Of a stretch of 30,504 nucleotides of DNA, positions 25,901-30,504 are shown piece after piece. A program made the position numbers and the translations under genes. The notes below the pieces were generated by a model that was not told where the DNA came from, ran no database searches, and saw only the letters and a program-made list of their open reading frames with translations. Within the stretch, counting starts at the first letter, position 1, and every line of letters begins with the position of its first letter. The DNA is taken from NCBI GenBank assembly GCA_945861645.1, contig CAMAVZ010000023.1, positions 1 to 30,504 of the forward strand. Direction: 5' to 3'. The DNA comes from Opitutus sp. GAS368. Its GTDB lineage: Bacteria; Verrucomicrobiota; Verrucomicrobiia; Opitutales; Opitutaceae.

Positions 25901-26070
25901 GATAGGGGGAGGGCTAGGGCCAAGAAATCCAATTTACGGAAGGGACGGAGTGCCGAGGTAGCCTGGTTCACGTGAGCGACAAATCAACTTGATTGAGGAA
26001 CTGCCGGAGGGATCAGCCTGCGGATGTTGATATCAACGTAGACTGGGCGCGCACTTCCCTCGCCCAGCCC

Positions 26071-26125
26071 TGGCCGGTTCGAAATCAGCCGCCGGCCCAA
26101 GCTTAAACTTAAACTGGCGCTGCGC
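26071..26125 (-). repeat. Solo terminal segment of the mosaic repeat family
   Basis: Minus strand reads gcgcagcgccagtttaagtttaagcttgggccggcggctgatttcgaaccggcca. Array 2 left end reads gcgcggcgctagtttaag...aagctt...gccgggctgctgattcgaaccggcca. Confidence 0.7.
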
Positions 26126-26190
26126 CGTGACCGCGCCGATCCGGTCAAGCGTCAAGGCATGACGTCATCGGGTATCACTTGGGACCTTGA

Positions 26191-26220
26191 AATTTAAAAG
26201 CCGCGCACGGCCGCGCGGCC
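26191..26220 (-). terminator. Probable intrinsic terminator of the autotransporter gene
   Basis: Stem gccgcgc / gcgcggc followed on the minus strand by ttttaaatt, about 25 nt past the stop at 26246. Confidence 0.55.
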
Positions 26221-26245
26221 TTGAGGGGGAGGACTGATCGGCGGC

Positions 26246-28111
26246 TTAGAAGCCGGTATGAATTGCGGCAGAATATTGAACGGCATCCTTGCCATCACTG
26301 CGCATCTCGGTGCCGAGGCCCGCAGTCCAACTCCAAAGTTTGCCGGCTCTGCCCGTCACGTGAAAACCGACCTTGAAGCTGTCGCCGTTGCCGTCGTCGA
26401 CCTGCACGCCGGTCCATCCGGAGAGATTGTCGGCGAGCCGACCGGAAAGCGTACGCTGGTCATTGTTGAGGTCGCCCGAATAGACGCCGGTGAGGCCGAA
26501 AGTCAGCGGTAGGTCGCCGGCGTGGAATACGTAATCCGCCGTCGCCCCGATCTGGCCCGCGAGGCTCCGCATGTCTTGCTCCTCAAAGGAGAAATTCAGG
26601 CCCGTGACGCCGGACTCGGTGTAGCTGCCCAGTGAGCCGCGCGTATACCGCACCCCGACAAACGGCGTGACGTGTAACGCGCTGCTGCTGAAGTCATGCC
26701 CCACCCGCACCGAGGCCCCGTAGCGGTTGCCGGAGGCTTTGCCGGTTGCGCGGAAGGTCGCCAGCGAAGTGGGCCGAGCGATATCGCGGACATTCTGGCC
26801 GCCGTAGGTGGCCGTGGCCTCAAAGAAAGTCGCGCCCGATTTCCACTGGGCGTAACCGGTGCCGGACTCGCCTGAGATTTTGAAGGAACCAAGACCATAG
26901 TTCGTCTTCACCTTCGCATTAACGGTCTCTACACTGAAGGCCAGACCCACGGTGAAATTGGATTCGATCTTGCAATCAAATCCGGCGGTGAGGGCCCGAG
27001 CGTTAGCATCGTAGCTCGGCTGGTAACGATCAAAGTGTCGTCCCCCATCCTGAAAGGTGTAGGAGACGAAACCATCGGCCCCGTGGCGATTGGTGCCGCT
27101 CCTAATCTGATTGAGCCGGGCGTCGACGGTGTCGGCGGTCAGATCAGCGAGGGCAACGATGGCGGTGCCTTGGGTGCCGGCGGTGCCAAGCACGAACTCG
27201 GGATTCAGGATTTCCTGCAACGCGCCCGTGAGAATGGCATGCGTGCGCGTGGTCGGATGAATGCCATCAAAAAAGACATACCCGTCCGCTGGGCCCGGGG
27301 TGCCGCCGGCGGCGAGAATATCGACTATGCTCTGGTTCGTGACCGCGAAGCCGAAGGACGCCGGATTCTTCACGATTAGGTTTAGGAACGATTGCAGATT
27401 CACGAGCGTGACATCGGTGCCCGCCGGCAGACCGGCCGCGGTGAGCTTCGCGCGGATGGAAGCGTTATACGTGAGTGAGCCGGCATCTGCGAGCGAGGCG
27501 GCCGGTGCGCCCGATCCGGTGGTGAAGCGCGGGGTCTGTGCGATGTTGGGCAGATTGATGACCAGAAATTTCCGAGCGCCGGCCGCGGCCAAGGTCTTCA
27601 CCGCGCTAGTGACGGAAACCGAAGCCGCTTCAGCGGCGGCATTGACCGAAGTAAAGTTCTGCGTCGCCGGATTGCCGATCGTGTTGAGAATATCGTTGGC
27701 GCCAGCCAGCAGGACAAAGAGATCGGTGGCCGCCGGCGTGATTCCCCGCGCCTGGAACATGCCCAGCTGCGTCGGAATCGAGGCCGGGACGGGCGTCGCG
27801 CCGACGGCGGTGGCACCGGCAAAGGCGAAGTTAAGGTTCGTGCGCACCGAGGCGGCGGCGGTCACGGCATTCTGCAGGCCGGGCACCAGCTGCTCAGCGT
27901 AAACCGGTCCATTGGAGTAGCGCCCCTTGAAATACGGCACCGGCGGCTGGCCGGTCAGGGCAAATAGATTGCCGGTATCCGACAGGCTGTCGCCGAAAAA
28001 AAAGGTGCTGGTGAAAGTACGGGCCACCGGCTGGGTCTGGCCAAAAGAGGTCAGTATGCCGGCCAAGGCCAGCGCGAGGAATAGTTTTAAAATAAGCCTA
28101 TTGATAATCAT
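26246..28111 (-). CDS. Autotransporter-domain SGNH/GDSL esterase/lipase (EstA-like)
   Basis: FFGDSLSDTGN, GRYSNG, NFAFAGA, GANDI and FFDGIHPT. C-terminal beta-barrel ending in Phe. Confidence 0.9.
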   Translation of the reverse strand: MIINRLILKLFLALALAGILTSFGQTQPVARTFTSTFFFGDSLSDTGNLFALTGQPPVPYFKGRYSNGPVYAEQLVPGLQNAVTAAASVRTNLNFAFAGATAVGATPVPASIPTQLGMFQARGITPAATDLFVLLAGANDILNTIGNPATQNFTSVNAAAEAASVSVTSAVKTLAAAGARKFLVINLPNIAQTPRFTTGSGAPAASLADAGSLTYNASIRAKLTAAGLPAGTDVTLVNLQSFLNLIVKNPASFGFAVTNQSIVDILAAGGTPGPADGYVFFDGIHPTTRTHAILTGALQEILNPEFVLGTAGTQGTAIVALADLTADTVDARLNQIRSGTNRHGADGFVSYTFQDGGRHFDRYQPSYDANARALTAGFDCKIESNFTVGLAFSVETVNAKVKTNYGLGSFKISGESGTGYAQWKSGATFFEATATYGGQNVRDIARPTSLATFRATGKASGNRYGASVRVGHDFSSSALHVTPFVGVRYTRGSLGSYTESGVTGLNFSFEEQDMRSLAGQIGATADYVFHAGDLPLTFGLTGVYSGDLNNDQRTLSGRLADNLSGWTGVQVDDGNGDSFKVGFHVTGRAGKLWSWTAGLGTEMRSDGKDAVQYSAAIHTGF

Positions 28112-28342
28112 ATGTTATGACACGTAGGTTTTTAATCCGAAAGTCCATCCCCTTTTTATAGAAGCGGCCGAAGGAATCTGGTGGCGGACACTGTTTGCTA
28201 AAGCGGACTTTGCCATCCGATGTATGCATCGTAGGGACAGCTGACCCTAGCTGCCCGCTGCCTCCCTTTTACCTTTGCCCAGCAGCTGCGCTACGATTTG
28301 CGCTTTTGTTCTCCCCCTTTAGCTTCCTGTTCAACCTCACCC

Positions 28343-28576
28343 ATGCCCAAGCCCGGAAAAAACGATATCGAACGCCTAAGCCGCGGAGAATCGACCCGCG
28401 GTAAGATCGGCCATCGCGGAGTCGGCCATCGGCTTACGCAAAAAGAACGTATTCTTTTCGAAGCCGCCAAGCGCCAGGGATTTCTAAAAATACCCGTCAA
28501 AGGTATTCGAAATAACGTCATTAATATTTATCGCCTGTGGTGCCAGGCCACAGACCGCCCCTTTGTCACCAAGTAG
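28343..28576 (+). CDS. Small basic hypothetical protein (77 aa)
   Basis: ATG 28343 gives MPKPGKNDIERLSRGESTRGKIGHRGVGHRLTQKERILFEAAKRQGFLKIP...WCQATDRPFVTK. Fills the gap and has protein-like composition. Confidence 0.65.
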   Translation: MPKPGKNDIERLSRGESTRGKIGHRGVGHRLTQKERILFEAAKRQGFLKIPVKGIRNNVINIYRLWCQATDRPFVTK

Positions 28577-28589
28577 GCCGGCGGCTAAA

Positions 28590-29102
28590 TAGTTTTAAGG
28601 TTTAAGTTCTAAGTTTTAAGCTCGGAATTTTCGCGTCGTTTCGCGTTTTTCGCGGTGCTTGCTGAGGTGGCACCGTTGTTGACTGCTATCAACCCGGTGT
28701 TCGTCCTCAGTTCTCGCCCTTGGCGAAACAGAGGCGAAAGGTTAGAGGGTCGATCCGATCTTCGTTTCCCAATTTTCTACTTTCCCCAGTTTCATCTTTT
28801 CCTCCCCCCTTCGCGTCACTTCGCGCCCTTCGCGGTTAAAAATGTCTTGGTACTTCCCAAACCAATTTAACCACGGACGGCACGAATCCGATCTGGATTA
28901 AATCCAAAAGAACTATGCCTCAGATCCATCCTGATCCCATCCTGTCCCCATCCGTGGTCAAAAATGTATTGTTCGATCCGGATCTCCGTTTCCCGATTTT
29001 CAACTTTCCCCAGTTTCATCTTTTCCTCCCCTGCCTTGGTCGATTCAGATCTTCGTTTCCCAATTTTCTACTTTCCCCAGTTTCATCTTTTCCTCCCCTG
29101 CC
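28590..29102 (+). repeat. Mosaic modular repeat array 4 (T-B-G-C-B-D-C-C)
   Basis: First 37 nt are identical to array 1. B at 28629 and 28810. G 28666-28739. C at 28749, 28972 and 29039. D 28859-28965. Confidence 0.9.
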
Positions 29103-29170
29103 ACCCGCAGTCAACGAGGTTGAAATTTGCCGCGGCGGGTGCAGGGTCAGGGGATCAATCATTTGAATTT

Positions 29171-30271
29171 ATGTTTTCACGCACCCTAATCCTGAAATTT
29201 CCTCCTCGTGGGCCCGCTGCTTTCATCCTGGCCGCATTCATGCTGGCTGAGGTCGCGGCCGCGGATTCCGGGTTCGCGCCGACGGTGGCCAATGCCACCC
29301 CGGCTCCAGCGGCTGGGCCGGATGGCATGGTGTGGATTCCGGGCGGTGAGTTTTCCATGGGGGCGAATAGCGAAGCCGAGGACATGTGCAGTTTGCCCGG
29401 GGCCACCAAGGATGCGCAACCCATCCACCGGGTACGCGTGGATCCCTTTTGGATGGACGCCACGGAGGTCACCAATGAGCAGTTTGAAAAATTCGTCGCG
29501 GCCACCGGTTATATCACCGTCGCCGAGCAGAAGCCGACCGAGGCGGAGTTTCCCGGCGCGCCGCCGGAAGTATTAGTCGCCGGATCCATTCTTTTCACGA
29601 CCATGCCTGGGCCGGTGCCGCTGACTCAAGCCCGGTGGTGGAGCTACGTGGCAGGAGTGGCTTGGCAACATCCGGCTGGCCTGGGTAGCGACGTGAAGAA
29701 TGCGGGAAAAGTCCCCGTCGTCCACATCGCCTACGAAGACGCCGCCGCCTACGCGCAATGGGCCGGCAAGCGGTTGCCCACCGAAGCCGAGTGGGAATTC
29801 GCAGCCCGCGGCGGTTCCGCCGGCCAAATTTTTGCTTGGGGCGAAGAACTCAAGCCCGGCGGAAAATTCCAGGCTAATATTTATCAGGGGCAATTTCCCG
29901 TCACCGCCGGCGACACCGGTGAGGACGGCTTCAAGGGGATCGCCCCGGTCGGCCAATATCCCGCCAATCCCTACGGTCTCTACGACGTGGCCGGAAATGT
30001 CTGGGAGTGGTGCAGCGATTGGTATCGCCCCGATTCCTACGCCCAGGCCGCCGCCGACGGTGGGGTCGTCAGTAACCCCCGTGGTCCGGTTTCCTCGCAC
30101 GATCCTGATGAACCGGGTGCCCTTAAGCGCGTCCACCGCGGCGGGTCCTTTCTCTGCACCGACCAGTATTGCACGCGCTACATCCTCGGCACGCGCGGTA
30201 AGGGTGAGATTCGCTCATCGAGCAACCACGTCGGCTTCCGCTGCGCGAAGTCGGTCAGTACTGAAAGGTAA
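29171..30271 (+). CDS. Formylglycine-generating enzyme family protein (SUMF1/FGE-sulfatase domain)
   Basis: MVWIPGGEFSMG, EVTNEQF, RLPTEAEWEFAARGG, GNVWEWCSDWY and RGGSFLCTDQYC. Start uncertain (29171 or 29240). Confidence 0.9.
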   Translation: MFSRTLILKFPPRGPAAFILAAFMLAEVAAADSGFAPTVANATPAPAAGPDGMVWIPGGEFSMGANSEAEDMCSLPGATKDAQPIHRVRVDPFWMDATEVTNEQFEKFVAATGYITVAEQKPTEAEFPGAPPEVLVAGSILFTTMPGPVPLTQARWWSYVAGVAWQHPAGLGSDVKNAGKVPVVHIAYEDAAAYAQWAGKRLPTEAEWEFAARGGSAGQIFAWGEELKPGGKFQANIYQGQFPVTAGDTGEDGFKGIAPVGQYPANPYGLYDVAGNVWEWCSDWYRPDSYAQAAADGGVVSNPRGPVSSHDPDEPGALKRVHRGGSFLCTDQYCTRYILGTRGKGEIRSSSNHVGFRCAKSVSTER

Positions 30272-30504
30272 GAGGTGAGAGGTGAGAGGTCAGTGGTCAG
30301 AGGTGAGAGGTGGCACCGTTGTTGACTGCTATCAACCCGGTGTTCGTCCTCAGTTCTCGCCCTTGGCGAAACAGAGGCGAAACAAAGGCTAGAGGTCAGT
30401 GGTAAGAGGTGAGAGGTGGCACCGTTGTTGACTGCTATCAACCCGGTGTTCGTCCTCAGTTCTCGCCCTTGGCGAAACAGAGGCGAAAGGTTATAGGGCC
30501 GATC
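30265..30504 (+). repeat. Mosaic modular repeat array 5 (F-G-F-G-start of C), truncated by the window end
   Basis: Heptamers aggt(g/c/a)ag, two identical 74-nt G modules (30309-30382 and 30415-30488), then gccgatc. Confidence 0.9.

Noticed and set aside
28666-28755. Integron attC-site interpretation of module G
   Set aside because: No convincing RYYYAAC...GTTRRRY ends around a single long stem, no integrase, and the flanking genes are not a uniform cassette array.
1-30504. Autonomous mobile element, tRNA or rRNA genes
   Set aside because: No transposase, integrase or reverse-transcriptase motifs and no tRNA/rRNA-like sequence recognised.

Overview
GC-rich bacterial window. Gene content and style suggest Verrucomicrobiota/Opitutaceae, which is an inference. 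Left part: a Dabb-barrel protein and a DUF2911 protein, then a tightly coupled operon. It encodes a secreted 850-aa PIG-L/LmbE deacetylase, a 55-aa membrane peptide absent from the ORF track, a Na+/solute symporter, a half-size BshC-like protein, BshB1 and BshA, i.e. a bacillithiol-type cluster. A prolyl oligopeptidase follows. The middle and right parts carry DUF2062, OppA, a TerC-family protein, a two-gene NAD-linked formate dehydrogenase, an SDR, DUF2071, a thioesterase, DUF885, a double redoxin, a GDSL autotransporter esterase, a small basic ORF and an FGE-family protein. The most striking non-coding feature is five intergenic mosaic arrays, about 400-630 bp for the four complete ones (11034, 15122, 20057, 28590, and 30265 running off the window), plus a solo end at 26071. 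They are built from the same small set of modules in different orders. All five start at or just after the stop codon of a co-oriented upstream gene, and several modules fold into conserved hairpins. No transposase, integrase, cas gene, tRNA or rRNA was recognised.
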